From sequence record PP680568.1: DNA of 64,000 nucleotides, one strand, 5' to 3'. This DNA comes from Enterococcus phage VRE9_2. The position numbers and the translations under genes are program-made. Positions within the stretch are counted from its first letter, which is position 1. Every line of letters begins with the position of its first letter. Shown here piece by piece: positions 56,213 through 64,000 of this stretch. Below the pieces are notes generated by a model. The model made no database searches. It saw only the letters and a program-made list of their open reading frames with translations, and was not told the DNA's origin.

Positions 56213-57135
56213 TGTATGAAACAATAGTTATAGGTGGCGGACCAGGAGCGATGTCTGCCATTCTTTATTTATCTCGACTTGGTTTAAAAACTGCATGGAT
56301 CTATGGTTATGGTTTTGGAGGACAAATTCAAAATACAGAAGTTGTAGATAATTATCTTGGGAAGGGAAAAATTTATGCCCCAATCTTAGTAAAAGATATG
56401 TACTCTCATGTAGAAGATCTAGAACATGTTACACAAATTTTTGGTATGGCTGAAAATGTTAATAAAATTGATGATTCAACTTTTATAGTAACTACTGATA
56501 CGGGAGAAAAAATTAGTGGTAATACTGTATTAGTTGCAACTGGAGCTTCTCCTAGAAAACTTGGAGTTAAAGGAGAAGAAGATTTTGCTGGTTTTGGCGT
56601 CTCTTATTGCGCTATTTGTGATGCTCCTTTATTTAAAGATAAAGAAGTAGCAATTGTTGGTGGTGGACAAACTGCTTTAGAAGATGCACAAATCCTATCT
56701 CGTCATGCAAAAAAAGTATATTTAATTCATAGACGACAAGAATTTAGAGCAACAAATGCCGAAGTAAAACAAGCAAAAAATACTTCAAATATCCATTTTC
56801 TCTTGGATACACAAGTTACTTCTATCATGGGAGAAGACAAAGTTGATTTTATTGTTATTAATGAAAAGGGAATTGGTCATAGAACTTTATCAGTGGATGG
56901 TATTTTTATAGCTGTAGGACAAGTTCCGCAAACTGATTTTTTAATTGAAAATTTTAATTATATTTTACGAGATGGTTATGTAGAAACGATGAGAAACAAT
57001 AAGGTAGAAGATTTAGGCATCTTTGCCATTGGAGATGTAGTTTATGGGAATAATAAACAAATTGCTATTGCTGTAGGAGAAGGTGCAAATGCCGCAATAG
57101 AAATTAATAAATATTTATCAGATCCTAATTTTTGA
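56212..57135 (+). CDS. trxB: Thioredoxin reductase (FAD/NAD(P)-dependent pyridine nucleotide-disulfide oxidoreductase).
   Basis: FAD motif IVIGGGPGAM. Redox-active CAICDA. Second Rossmann motif VAIVGGGQTA. 307 aa. Confidence 0.75.
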   Translation: MYETIVIGGGPGAMSAILYLSRLGLKTAWIYGYGFGGQIQNTEVVDNYLGKGKIYAPILVKDMYSHVEDLEHVTQIFGMAENVNKIDDSTFIVTTDTGEKISGNTVLVATGASPRKLGVKGEEDFAGFGVSYCAICDAPLFKDKEVAIVGGGQTALEDAQILSRHAKKVYLIHRRQEFRATNAEVKQAKNTSNIHFLLDTQVTSIMGEDKVDFIVINEKGIGHRTLSVDGIFIAVGQVPQTDFLIENFNYILRDGYVETMRNNKVEDLGIFAIGDVVYGNNKQIAIAVGEGANAAIEINKYLSDPNF

Positions 57136-57191
57136 TTTTTTATATATAAAATGTTAATATAAATATATAACAAAATAGGAGGACAAAAATT

Positions 57192-58004
57192 ATGACTGTA
57201 TATGCTATGTCAGATATCCATGGAAATTTTCAAGCCTTAGAAAAAGCTTTAGATTTCTTATTTAATAAAACAAAAATTTCTATTGGTGAAGATAAACTTA
57301 TTTTTCTTGGAGATTATATTGATCGTTCTCCTGATGGATATTCTGTTTTAAAGACTATTTATGATTTACAGCAAAAACATGGAAAAGAAAATATTATTGT
57401 TTTAATGGGAAATCATGATGAAATGTTTTTGGAATGGTTGAAACAGCCTTATAATACTCTTCATCTAATTAATGATAAACCATTAATAACCGTCAAAAGT
57501 TTTATAAAACCTCTTAACAAGGGGTGGAACTTGATTTTTGACGGCGTAAATGCTATTTACGATATAAGTGACCCTAATAATCAAGTTAAAGTTACACAAG
57601 AAGTTGTTGATACAATTAAAGCAGAATATAAAGAATTATTAGATTGGTATCAAGATTTAGATTATTTTTATGAATATGGAAATGCTTTGTTTGTTCATGC
57701 CGGTTTTGAAGAAGTACCAAGCTGGCATTGGACAGATTCTTCTAAAGAAGAAATGACCTGGAAATATCCAGCTTCTTTTGGTTATACTCCGTGGAATAAA
57801 CAAATTGTAGCAGGTCATATAATGACAAGAGAGTTGCATCCAGAAGGAGTTCCCCAAGAGAAAGAAGATTCAATTTATAGAAATAAGGATCATATTTTTA
57901 TTGACGGGGCTACACCAATTACAAATCATATTAATATTTTGGCTTATGATGAAAATGGTTATCTATACTATGATGCTGAGACAGGAGAAATTTTACCAGA
58001 ATAA
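57192..58004 (+). CDS. Calcineurin-like metallophosphatase (Ser/Thr phosphatase, ApaH/PrpE-like).
   Basis: Motifs SDIHGN, GDYIDRSP and GNHDE. 270 aa. Confidence 0.7.
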   Translation: MTVYAMSDIHGNFQALEKALDFLFNKTKISIGEDKLIFLGDYIDRSPDGYSVLKTIYDLQQKHGKENIIVLMGNHDEMFLEWLKQPYNTLHLINDKPLITVKSFIKPLNKGWNLIFDGVNAIYDISDPNNQVKVTQEVVDTIKAEYKELLDWYQDLDYFYEYGNALFVHAGFEEVPSWHWTDSSKEEMTWKYPASFGYTPWNKQIVAGHIMTRELHPEGVPQEKEDSIYRNKDHIFIDGATPITNHINILAYDENGYLYYDAETGEILPE

Positions 58005-58082
58005 CCTAAGCTTTTTATTATCATTATTAATTTTCCCTTTTTATTATCTTTAGCAGAGATAAATAAAGAGAGGAGAATTAAC

Positions 58083-58313
58083 ATGAGAATCAATGCAGAT
58101 AAAATAAGAGAATATAGAGAAGAGCATGGAATTAGCATCGATGAGATGGCTGAAATTCTTAATATAGATGGAGAAGCACTTTATGAATACGAAAGTGGAG
58201 TTCCATGGTTTGAAGAAGATGCCTTAACTATTTTTACGATTAATAATATTTGTGATAATTTAGATTTTATTGCTATAGATGTTGATGAATTATTTGAAGA
58301 ATATAATATTTAA
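58083..58313 (+). CDS. Small acidic hypothetical protein (76 aa).
   Basis: RBS gagaggag. Possibly contains an HTH-like segment. Confidence 0.4.
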   Translation: MRINADKIREYREEHGISIDEMAEILNIDGEALYEYESGVPWFEEDALTIFTINNICDNLDFIAIDVDELFEEYNI

Positions 58314-58322
58314 TTTTATAAA

Positions 58323-58357
58323 ATTCAACTATTGGATTCCCTTTAGTTGAATTTTTT
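58323..58357 (+). terminator. Rho-independent terminator.
   Basis: Stem ttcaacta/tagttgaa followed by TTTTTTT. Confidence 0.6.
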
Positions 58358-58374
58358 TATTTAAAATTATATAA
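58346..58374 (+). promoter_or_regulatory. Promoter TTGAAT-17-TATAAT, rightward, overlapping the preceding terminator.
   Basis: TTGAAT at 58346-58351 and TATAAT at 58369-58374 with a 17-nt spacer. Confidence 0.45.
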
Positions 58375-58410
58375 TATATATATAAGTTAATTAAGAAAGG
58401 AAGTTGCTTA

Positions 58411-58497
58411 ATGAAAGAAGAAATTTTGAACATCCTATTAGTTGATTTGAAAGAAGATTTAGATAGAGAATTAATTGTAGCAGTGGATTTACTTTAG
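58411..58497 (+). CDS. 28-codon leader ORF in the same frame as the RNase H gene and contiguous with it, ending in TAG.
   Basis: ATG at 58411 with RBS AAGGAAG. Stop TAG at 58495-58497, immediately followed in frame by the RNase H reading frame. Confidence 0.35.
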   Translation: MKEEILNILLVDLKEDLDRELIVAVDLL

Positions 58498-58962
58498 GAG
58501 GCGAAAAGTATAGAAAAAATTGTTAAGATTCATGTAGATGGAAGTTACAAGCAAAAAGTAAACCCTAATGTAGCTGGTTGGGGTTTTTGTATTGAAGCAG
58601 AAGAGCAAGAAGTTTTATATACTGCTTCCGGTATCGTAAATAACCCAGTCTCTAGACAAATTGATGGAGAAATTCAAGCCGCCAAAGAAGCTATTAATTG
58701 GTGTCTTGAAAATGTTATAGATAAAGTAAATACAAAAATTGAAATATATCATGATTATGAAGGCTTAGGAAAATGGGCTGATAATCTTTGGAAGACAAAT
58801 AAACCCTTAACTACAGAATATAAACTTTTTGTTTCTAATGCTCGATTCTCAGGACTTAAAGTTTATTTTATATGGGAAAAAGGTCATAATAATAATTTCT
58901 TTAACGAAATTGCAGATGAATTAGCAACTTCTGCTGTTGAAGATTCTGCCAACATAAAATAA
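58498..58962 (+). CDS. rnhA: Ribonuclease H (RNase HI-like). No in-frame ATG/GTG/TTG start is present.
   Basis: Catalytic motifs IHVDGSY (Asp), IDGEIQAAKEAI (Glu), EIYHDYEG (Asp) and GHNNNFFNEIADELA (His/Asp). Perfect SD AGGAGG at 58496-58501 overlaps the TAG. Candidate non-canonical starts are ATA at 58510 and ATT at 58519. Confidence 0.6.
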   Translation, partial: EAKSIEKIVKIHVDGSYKQKVNPNVAGWGFCIEAEEQEVLYTASGIVNNPVSRQIDGEIQAAKEAINWCLENVIDKVNTKIEIYHDYEGLGKWADNLWKTNKPLTTEYKLFVSNARFSGLKVYFIWEKGHNNNFFNEIADELATSAVEDSANIK

Positions 58963-59002
58963 TATTCTATAAGTAGAATAAATAAAAATAGGAGGTTTTA
59001 AA

Positions 59003-59728
59003 ATGAATAAAGATTTATTAGTAAGGGGTGTAAAAAGTACAGTAAAAACAGTAGAAACAAAATTAAATAGAAAAGTTCATTCTGTATATTTAACAGGTAG
59101 TACTCTTTATGGAGTTTCTACTTCCGAAAGTGATTTTGATTTTAAGGTTTATGTATATCCCACTTTTTCAGATTTGTGCTTTAACGAAAAGCTTTCTAAA
59201 GAGGTGGCTGTTAATGAAAATAATGTAGAACATGTCTCTGTAAGAGATGTTCGATTTCAGTATGATGAACTCAATAAATTGTCCCTCAATAGCGCCCACT
59301 TACTTCATCCTCCTCTTTTGGGGAAAAGATTATTCACAGAAGAACAATTAACACAAGTTTTGGAAGAAAGAAAAGATAATTTTCTTTTTAGTCTTGCTGG
59401 CGTCTCTTTGTCAGAATCTAAAAAGGAAGATTCAGGAAAAAAACTTTCAAGAATGTTATTGTTAGAAAATATGTTTACTGCTGTTTTAGAGGATAAATTT
59501 ACCCTAAATTATTTTTTTGATAAAGATTCTTCTAAAGAAGTATTGGTTAGAGAAAATTTTCATAGATATACAGATTTTGCTAAATTAACTCCTGAAGAAT
59601 TAATGTTGACAGCTAAAGATTTTAAAAAAGAATATAAGGTTAATCATAAAAAATTGGAAAATGTTCTAAAAAATCAATTACTACAAACAGTAAAAACATT
59701 TTACAATGTAGGAAAGGAAGTATATTAA
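59003..59728 (+). CDS. Putative Pol-beta-superfamily nucleotidyltransferase (241 aa).
   Basis: N-terminal hG[GS]x9-13Dh[DE]h signature YLTGSTLYGVSTSESDFDF, followed by a further acidic residue (EHVSVRDV). Confidence 0.4.
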   Translation: MNKDLLVRGVKSTVKTVETKLNRKVHSVYLTGSTLYGVSTSESDFDFKVYVYPTFSDLCFNEKLSKEVAVNENNVEHVSVRDVRFQYDELNKLSLNSAHLLHPPLLGKRLFTEEQLTQVLEERKDNFLFSLAGVSLSESKKEDSGKKLSRMLLLENMFTAVLEDKFTLNYFFDKDSSKEVLVRENFHRYTDFAKLTPEELMLTAKDFKKEYKVNHKKLENVLKNQLLQTVKTFYNVGKEVY

Positions 59729-59925
59729 TGTTTAACATATTAATTACAAAAGATATGGTAATGAACGGAATTACAATCAAAAACGTTCCTGTTAAACAAT
59801 TAGAAGGTAAGGATGCTCCTGGGATTACAAAAGGAGTGGCTAGTAAAATTCAAGATTTGGTTTGGAAAGCTAATGCTCTTAAAATTGATGTAATAGATTT
59901 TAGTTATAATTTAGGGAAAGAATAG
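59728..59925 (+). CDS. Hypothetical protein (65 aa).
   Basis: Start overlaps the upstream stop (TAATG). Confidence 0.4.
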   Translation: MFNILITKDMVMNGITIKNVPVKQLEGKDAPGITKGVASKIQDLVWKANALKIDVIDFSYNLGKE

Positions 59926-59939
59926 GAGAAGAGATTTTT

Positions 59940-60311
59940 ATGTTTCTTAATTATGATGAAGGTTTAGTAAAAGATTATATAGATAAAAATATTGTTCAAC
60001 CTGTACTAAAATTAATTGAACAGACAATAGAAGATGCTGGCAAAAATCCTTCAGAATGGGATTTTTTGAATTTATCTATTTCTTTAAATGACACTGAATT
60101 AAAATATATTGAAGCTTTTGGAGAAAATAAATTTTATTTTCGGTTCATGGAAGAAAACATTCATGTATATATTCGCAATAAAGAATTGTATATCACAAAA
60201 AAGAGAAAATCTGGAATTCAGCTTTCTGACGTCTTAAACGAAGAAAATATGGAACTAACAGCGAATCAAATTAGTAGTTTTTTAGAACAATACTTTAAGG
60301 AGGAAGAATAA
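59940..60311 (+). CDS. Hypothetical protein (123 aa).
   Basis: ORF with RBS. Confidence 0.4.
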   Translation: MFLNYDEGLVKDYIDKNIVQPVLKLIEQTIEDAGKNPSEWDFLNLSISLNDTELKYIEAFGENKFYFRFMEENIHVYIRNKELYITKKRKSGIQLSDVLNEENMELTANQISSFLEQYFKEEE

Positions 60312-61172
60312 TTGAATACATTAAAAATGGATCATTTTGTTGCATCTAGTATTTCTGAAATCCTAGACAATGGAGTTAATTCTTTAGGAGCTCGTCCTAA
60401 ATACGCCTCTGATGGAAAAACCGCTAATAGTAAATATATAACAGATGTATTTATCAAATTTTATTTAGACAAGGGAGAGTTACCCATTAGCAGATTACGT
60501 CCTGTATATACTGGATTAGCTAGGCAGGAACTTTTTTGGATATATCAAGACCAAACATCTGATTTGCAGCCATTAAGAGATAGAGGAGTTCATTGGTGGG
60601 AAGATTGGGCTTTAGAAAATGGAACTATTGGGCAACGTTACGGAGCAACAGTTAATCGCTATAAACTAATTGATAGATTAATAGAAGGATTGGAAAAAAA
60701 TCCATATAATCGTAGAAATATTATTAATTTATGGCAATATAAAGACTTAGATGAAACAGAAGGTTTAATGCCATGTGCTTTTCAAACTATTTGGGATGTT
60801 AGAGAAGTTAATGGAGAAACGTTTTTGGATATGAGTTTAATTCAGCGTAGTTCAGATTTTCTTGTAGCTGGTATGGGTATTAATCAAATCCAATATGTAG
60901 CATTACAAATGATGGTAGCTAAACATTTTGGGTGGAAAGTAGGAACTTTTTCTTGGCATGTAATGAACTTGCATATTTATGATAGATATTTTACTCAAGC
61001 TCAAGAATTAGTTGCTAGATTTGAAAGGATGAACCAAGAGGAACAAAAAGAAATTGAGTTTTATTTGGACGTTCCTGACAAAACTAATTTTTATAATATA
61101 AAACCAAGCGATTTTGTACTAAAGGGTTATTCTTCTGTAGGAGATCAGATGAGATTTGATATGGCAATTTAA
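60312..61172 (+). CDS. thyA: Thymidylate synthase (ThyA family), with TTG start.
   Basis: Conserved ThyA blocks ELFWIYQDQTS, WEDWALENGTIGQRYG, NRRNIINLWQ, catalytic MPCAFQ, and LIQRSSDFLVAGMGINQIQYVALQMM. The dUMP-specifying Asn is retained. Confidence 0.75.
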   Translation: MNTLKMDHFVASSISEILDNGVNSLGARPKYASDGKTANSKYITDVFIKFYLDKGELPISRLRPVYTGLARQELFWIYQDQTSDLQPLRDRGVHWWEDWALENGTIGQRYGATVNRYKLIDRLIEGLEKNPYNRRNIINLWQYKDLDETEGLMPCAFQTIWDVREVNGETFLDMSLIQRSSDFLVAGMGINQIQYVALQMMVAKHFGWKVGTFSWHVMNLHIYDRYFTQAQELVARFERMNQEEQKEIEFYLDVPDKTNFYNIKPSDFVLKGYSSVGDQMRFDMAI

Positions 61173-61181
61173 TAATAAATT

Positions 61182-61209
61182 AAGACACCTTAAATGGTGT
61201 CTTTTTTTT
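61182..61209 (+). terminator. Rho-independent terminator after thyA.
   Basis: Stem aagacacc/ggtgtctt followed by TTTTTTTT. Confidence 0.65.
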
Positions 61210-61282
61210 GTACTTTTTGGCTATAGGATTTTAACGTATTTGAGCTAGGAAAGTCTCAAAAAATAAAAGGAAGGTGTAAAAT

Positions 61283-61597
61283 ATGTTTAAAGAAAAAGAT
61301 TTACTTATCCCAATTGGCGTATTTACAGTCGGGGAATCTAAAGAAGATTATATCGAAATGGACCCGTATGAAAAAGGCACTGTTGACAAGTTAAAAGAAT
61401 ATAATGAAAATGGTGTAGTAGAGATGACTGCAGAGGGCGAAAAGAAAGATTTTGATGGATATTCAAAAGGAGATTTCTTCTCTTTTGGAGATAAGGGATT
61501 TCCAGTAGTTCGAAGCAATGAAATTTTTACTAAGTTAGATGTAGATGGACAATTACTATCATTCCCTAATCATAAACTTATGGAAGGTGATAAATAA
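61283..61597 (+). CDS. Hypothetical protein (104 aa).
   Basis: RBS aaggaagg. Acidic and soluble. Confidence 0.45.
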   Translation: MFKEKDLLIPIGVFTVGESKEDYIEMDPYEKGTVDKLKEYNENGVVEMTAEGEKKDFDGYSKGDFFSFGDKGFPVVRSNEIFTKLDVDGQLLSFPNHKLMEGDK

Positions 61598-62817
61598 TGA
61601 CTCGTTTTTATAAAGGAATCGCTGGGCGTCGAGGGGCTAACCCATCAGGTGTAGTTATTCACAATGATGCAGGCTCTGTTTATGCTAATGCTGCATTTTA
61701 TCGTGGATGGTTACCTTCTCATGATGCAGAAAATGGCTTTGCTCATTATTACGTAGCTAGTGATGGAACATTCCAAGCAGAAGATGAAATGAATATGGCA
61801 TGGCATACTGCGAACTCAACTGGTAACGCATATTATATCGGTATTGAAGCATGTCAATCAATGGGACCAGAAAATATTTTCCGACAAAATGAAGAAAATT
61901 CTATTAAACTAGCAGCTCAAATCTTAAAGAGATATGGTTTACAACCTAATAGAAATACTGTAAAATTGCATAAACAATTTTCAGCAACTTCTTGTCCTCA
62001 TCGTTCTGTTGCTTTGCATGGCGATGGATACGTAATGCAAGATTATTTTATTGCTCGTATTAAATCTTATATGGGTTCTAATCCAACCCCAGCCCCAGCA
62101 CCAAATACTGGAACTAGAAAATATAATATTGATCTAGTTAATATGAATTCAAAAGCTTTCCAAATCAAAGGTTGGTTTACCCCAGCTAAGGCTACAAAAG
62201 GTCAAGATATTTGGGTTTATATTATGAAAAAAGGTGGACCAGAAATTGCCCGCTTTAAAGCGAAAAAAATTCAACGTCCAGACGTTCAAAAAGCAGTTTC
62301 AAATCCTAACGGAGCAGATGTTGGTTTCCAAGTAGATGCTCTTACACCAGAAGGTGTCCTAGGAAAAGATTTTGATTTATTGCTTCGTTACAATAATGAT
62401 AACAAAGAAGAAATTCGCACTAAAGAGCATTGGAAAGCTCCTGCATTAATTAATGAAGGATACCTAGATAAAGTTGCTGGAGATGCCAAAGGTGTTACAT
62501 TCGCTGGATGGCATTTAAATACACGTCAAAAAGATGGATTTAAACATTATCTATTTGTAACTGACGCAAAAACTGGGAAAGAATATGTACGATTTGATAT
62601 TACAGGAGGATCTTACTTAGCTTCTCCAGATATCACTAAAAAGTATGGTCCAGAAATTGCTCAACGTAGTAACTGTCGTTTCCATAATTGGTGCGCATTA
62701 GCAGCAAATCATCCAGCTAGAGGTAAAACTGTTAATATTATTAGCCGTTATGCTCCTGCAAAAGAAATTGATACAAAAACTTCTACAGATAAACTGTGGG
62801 GGACTTATAGACTATAA
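61597..62817 (+). CDS. Endolysin: N-acetylmuramoyl-L-alanine amidase (Amidase_2/PGRP-type) with a C-terminal cell-wall-binding region.
   Basis: N-terminal amidase_2 motifs (VVIHNDAGS, SCPHRS zinc ligands). Pro/Ala/Thr linker NPTPAPAPNTGT followed by about 230 aa of beta-rich C-terminus. Confidence 0.75.
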   Translation: MTRFYKGIAGRRGANPSGVVIHNDAGSVYANAAFYRGWLPSHDAENGFAHYYVASDGTFQAEDEMNMAWHTANSTGNAYYIGIEACQSMGPENIFRQNEENSIKLAAQILKRYGLQPNRNTVKLHKQFSATSCPHRSVALHGDGYVMQDYFIARIKSYMGSNPTPAPAPNTGTRKYNIDLVNMNSKAFQIKGWFTPAKATKGQDIWVYIMKKGGPEIARFKAKKIQRPDVQKAVSNPNGADVGFQVDALTPEGVLGKDFDLLLRYNNDNKEEIRTKEHWKAPALINEGYLDKVAGDAKGVTFAGWHLNTRQKDGFKHYLFVTDAKTGKEYVRFDITGGSYLASPDITKKYGPEIAQRSNCRFHNWCALAANHPARGKTVNIISRYAPAKEIDTKTSTDKLWGTYRL

Positions 62818-62830
62818 AAATAAGATTAAA

Positions 62831-62860
62831 AATACCCTTAGAAATAAGGGTATTTTTTTT
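62831..62860 (+). terminator. Rho-independent terminator after the endolysin gene.
   Basis: Stem aataccctta/taagggtatt followed by TTTTTTTT. Confidence 0.65.
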
Positions 62861-62887
62861 GCTTTTTATAAATAAATTTGTTATAAT
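62859..62887 (+). promoter_or_regulatory. Promoter TTGCTT-17-TGtTATAAT, rightward.
   Basis: The -35 at 62859-62864 and the -10 TATAAT at 62882-62887 with TGt extension. It overlaps the ATG used by the ORF track for the next gene. Confidence 0.45.
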
Positions 62888-62921
62888 AATAACAAATAAG
62901 ATAAAAAAGGAAGTGTTTTTA

Positions 62922-63428
62922 TTGATTTATGCTGTAGCAGCAATTGGACCAAATGGAGAATTAGGATTAAATAATAAATTAATTTATCATTCTTCTGAAG
63001 ATATGAAAAGATTTAAAATTTTAACTTGGAATAGAAATATTTATATGGGGTATAAAACTTGGGAATCACTACCAGTAGAAGCATTACCTAATAGAATGAA
63101 TACAGTGGTTCTTGATATGGAAAGAGGAATATCGAAAAAGCTTCAACTAGCTATGAAGAATAATGATAATTTAAAAGTCATTGATGAATCAATGTTTCTT
63201 GCTCTTTTGGAGATCCACTCATTATCTTCAGATGTTATTGTAATTATTGGTGGGGGAAGATTATATGCACAAACTCAATATTATTGGGATAGATTATATC
63301 TGACAAAATTTTATGAAAAGAGACAAGCAGATACGTTCTTTCCAGAAATAGATTATAATAATTATACTATAAAGAACTTCCAAAAGCAAGAAGATTGTGA
63401 GTTTATTGATTTTTATCATATAAAATGA
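62922..63428 (+). CDS. folA: Dihydrofolate reductase. Revised TTG start gives 168 aa.
   Basis: DHFR motifs IYAVAAIGPNGELG, MGYKTWESLP and IIGGGRLY. TTG at 62922 preceded by AAGGAAG at 8 nt. The track's ATG at 62859 lies inside the promoter. Confidence 0.65.
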   Translation: MIYAVAAIGPNGELGLNNKLIYHSSEDMKRFKILTWNRNIYMGYKTWESLPVEALPNRMNTVVLDMERGISKKLQLAMKNNDNLKVIDESMFLALLEIHSLSSDVIVIIGGGRLYAQTQYYWDRLYLTKFYEKRQADTFFPEIDYNNYTIKNFQKQEDCEFIDFYHIK

Positions 63429-63463
63429 TATAATTAATATATACTTAAAAAGGAGATAATAAA

Positions 63464-63880
63464 ATGGGAAAACTTGTAGAATATATTTTAGTTAATAAAG
63501 AATTAAATATGGGTGTTGGTAAAATTGCTGGTCAAGTTGCTCATGTACAAACAATTATTGATAACAAAATTTTTGAATTAGATGATAAGATTTATTTTTT
63601 ATCAGAAGAAATTCTTGATGAAGATATTATGGATATTCGTTTTGCCAAAGAAAAAGAACTAATCAATAATTATTATGATTGGCTTTATTCTGGATCTCAA
63701 ACAAAAATTATCTTACGAGCAAAGGAAAAAGATTTGCTTAAGGCAATTGATATGGGAGCAGTGTATATTAGAGATAATGGCTTAACTGAGATTCCCTCAG
63801 GTTCACTAACCGCTGTTGGTTTTTTCCCACAGCCAAAAGATAATCTAGTAGATTTTACCAAAAAATTTCAATTGTTATAA
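63464..63880 (+). CDS. PTH2-family peptidyl-tRNA hydrolase.
   Basis: MGVGKIAGQVAH...KIILRA...IRDNGLTEIPSGSLTAVGF matches the PTH2 (archaeal/eukaryotic-type Pth) signature. Confidence 0.6.
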   Translation: MGKLVEYILVNKELNMGVGKIAGQVAHVQTIIDNKIFELDDKIYFLSEEILDEDIMDIRFAKEKELINNYYDWLYSGSQTKIILRAKEKDLLKAIDMGAVYIRDNGLTEIPSGSLTAVGFFPQPKDNLVDFTKKFQLL

Positions 63881-63896
63881 AAGGAGATTAATATAA

Positions 63897-64000
63897 TGAA
63901 AATTATTGGATATGTTTTGATGTATAGAACTTCGTATGACCAAACTTTTGTAAAACTCGAATTTAATTCAAAAGGTAAATATTTGAAATGGCTAAAATTT
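63897..64000 (+). CDS. 5' end of a hypothetical gene running off the window.
   Basis: ATG at 63897 with RBS AAGGAGA. The frame is open to the window end. Confidence 0.35.

Noticed and set aside
60312-61172. ThyA homolog as a dUMP or dCMP hydroxymethylase (hypermodified DNA).
   Set aside because: The dUMP-specifying Asn is retained, which excludes a dCMP enzyme. A DHFR gene is present, and it is needed only if folate is oxidised by genuine thymidylate synthesis. A dUMP hydroxymethylase cannot be fully excluded from sequence alone.
1-64000. tRNA, rRNA and CRISPR search.
   Set aside because: I scanned intergenic regions, including 18599-18723, 24409-24749, 50829-51277 and 53795-54033. I found no cloverleaf with GTTC/T-loop features and no regularly spaced direct repeats. 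The structured RNA at 53772-54033 is explained by the group I intron core.

Overview
This window looks entirely phage-derived, from a large, AT-rich (about 33% GC) Firmicute phage. Gene content and order resemble SPbeta-like phages; I could not run a homology search to confirm. It has three modules.

1. Positions 1-15.9 kb, + strand: a late structural and lysis block. It holds large co-directional, tightly packed tail/baseplate-type genes, a class-II-like holin, and an 810-aa virion-associated lysin carrying glucosaminidase and NlpC/P60 domains. Rho-independent terminators close the block.

2. Positions 15.9-50.8 kb, - strand: a long leftward early region. It encodes a RuvC-like resolvase, a dUTPase with a large insertion, a guanylate-kinase-like protein, a DnaE/PolIII-alpha-type replicase with a PHP domain, thymidine kinase, a RecD/Dda-like helicase, a RecJ-like DHH exonuclease, a DnaG-like primase, a DnaB-like helicase, a Sak4/AAA_24-like ATPase, and an aerobic class Ib ribonucleotide reductase set (nrdE, nrdF, nrdI, plus an NrdH-like redoxin) with a free-standing HNH endonuclease between nrdE and nrdF. 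Beyond these are many genes of unknown function. Among them is a paralogous trio of 339, 399 and 623 aa, interleaved with an M28-like metallopeptidase, a collagen-like protein and small zinc-ribbon proteins. Nearly every transcription unit here is preceded by the same strong extended -10 sigma-A-type promoter.

3. Positions 50.8-64 kb, + strand: a rightward block behind a divergent promoter hub. It encodes anaerobic RNR nrdD, interrupted near its 3' end by a group I intron with an embedded GIY-YIG homing endonuclease, then nrdG, thioredoxin reductase, a metallophosphatase, an RNase H with anomalous start context, a Pol-beta-type nucleotidyltransferase, thymidylate synthase, an amidase endolysin, DHFR and a PTH2-type peptidyl-tRNA hydrolase.

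I found no rRNA, tRNA or CRISPR. All coordinates and motifs were read by eye from the sequence; no database searches were possible.
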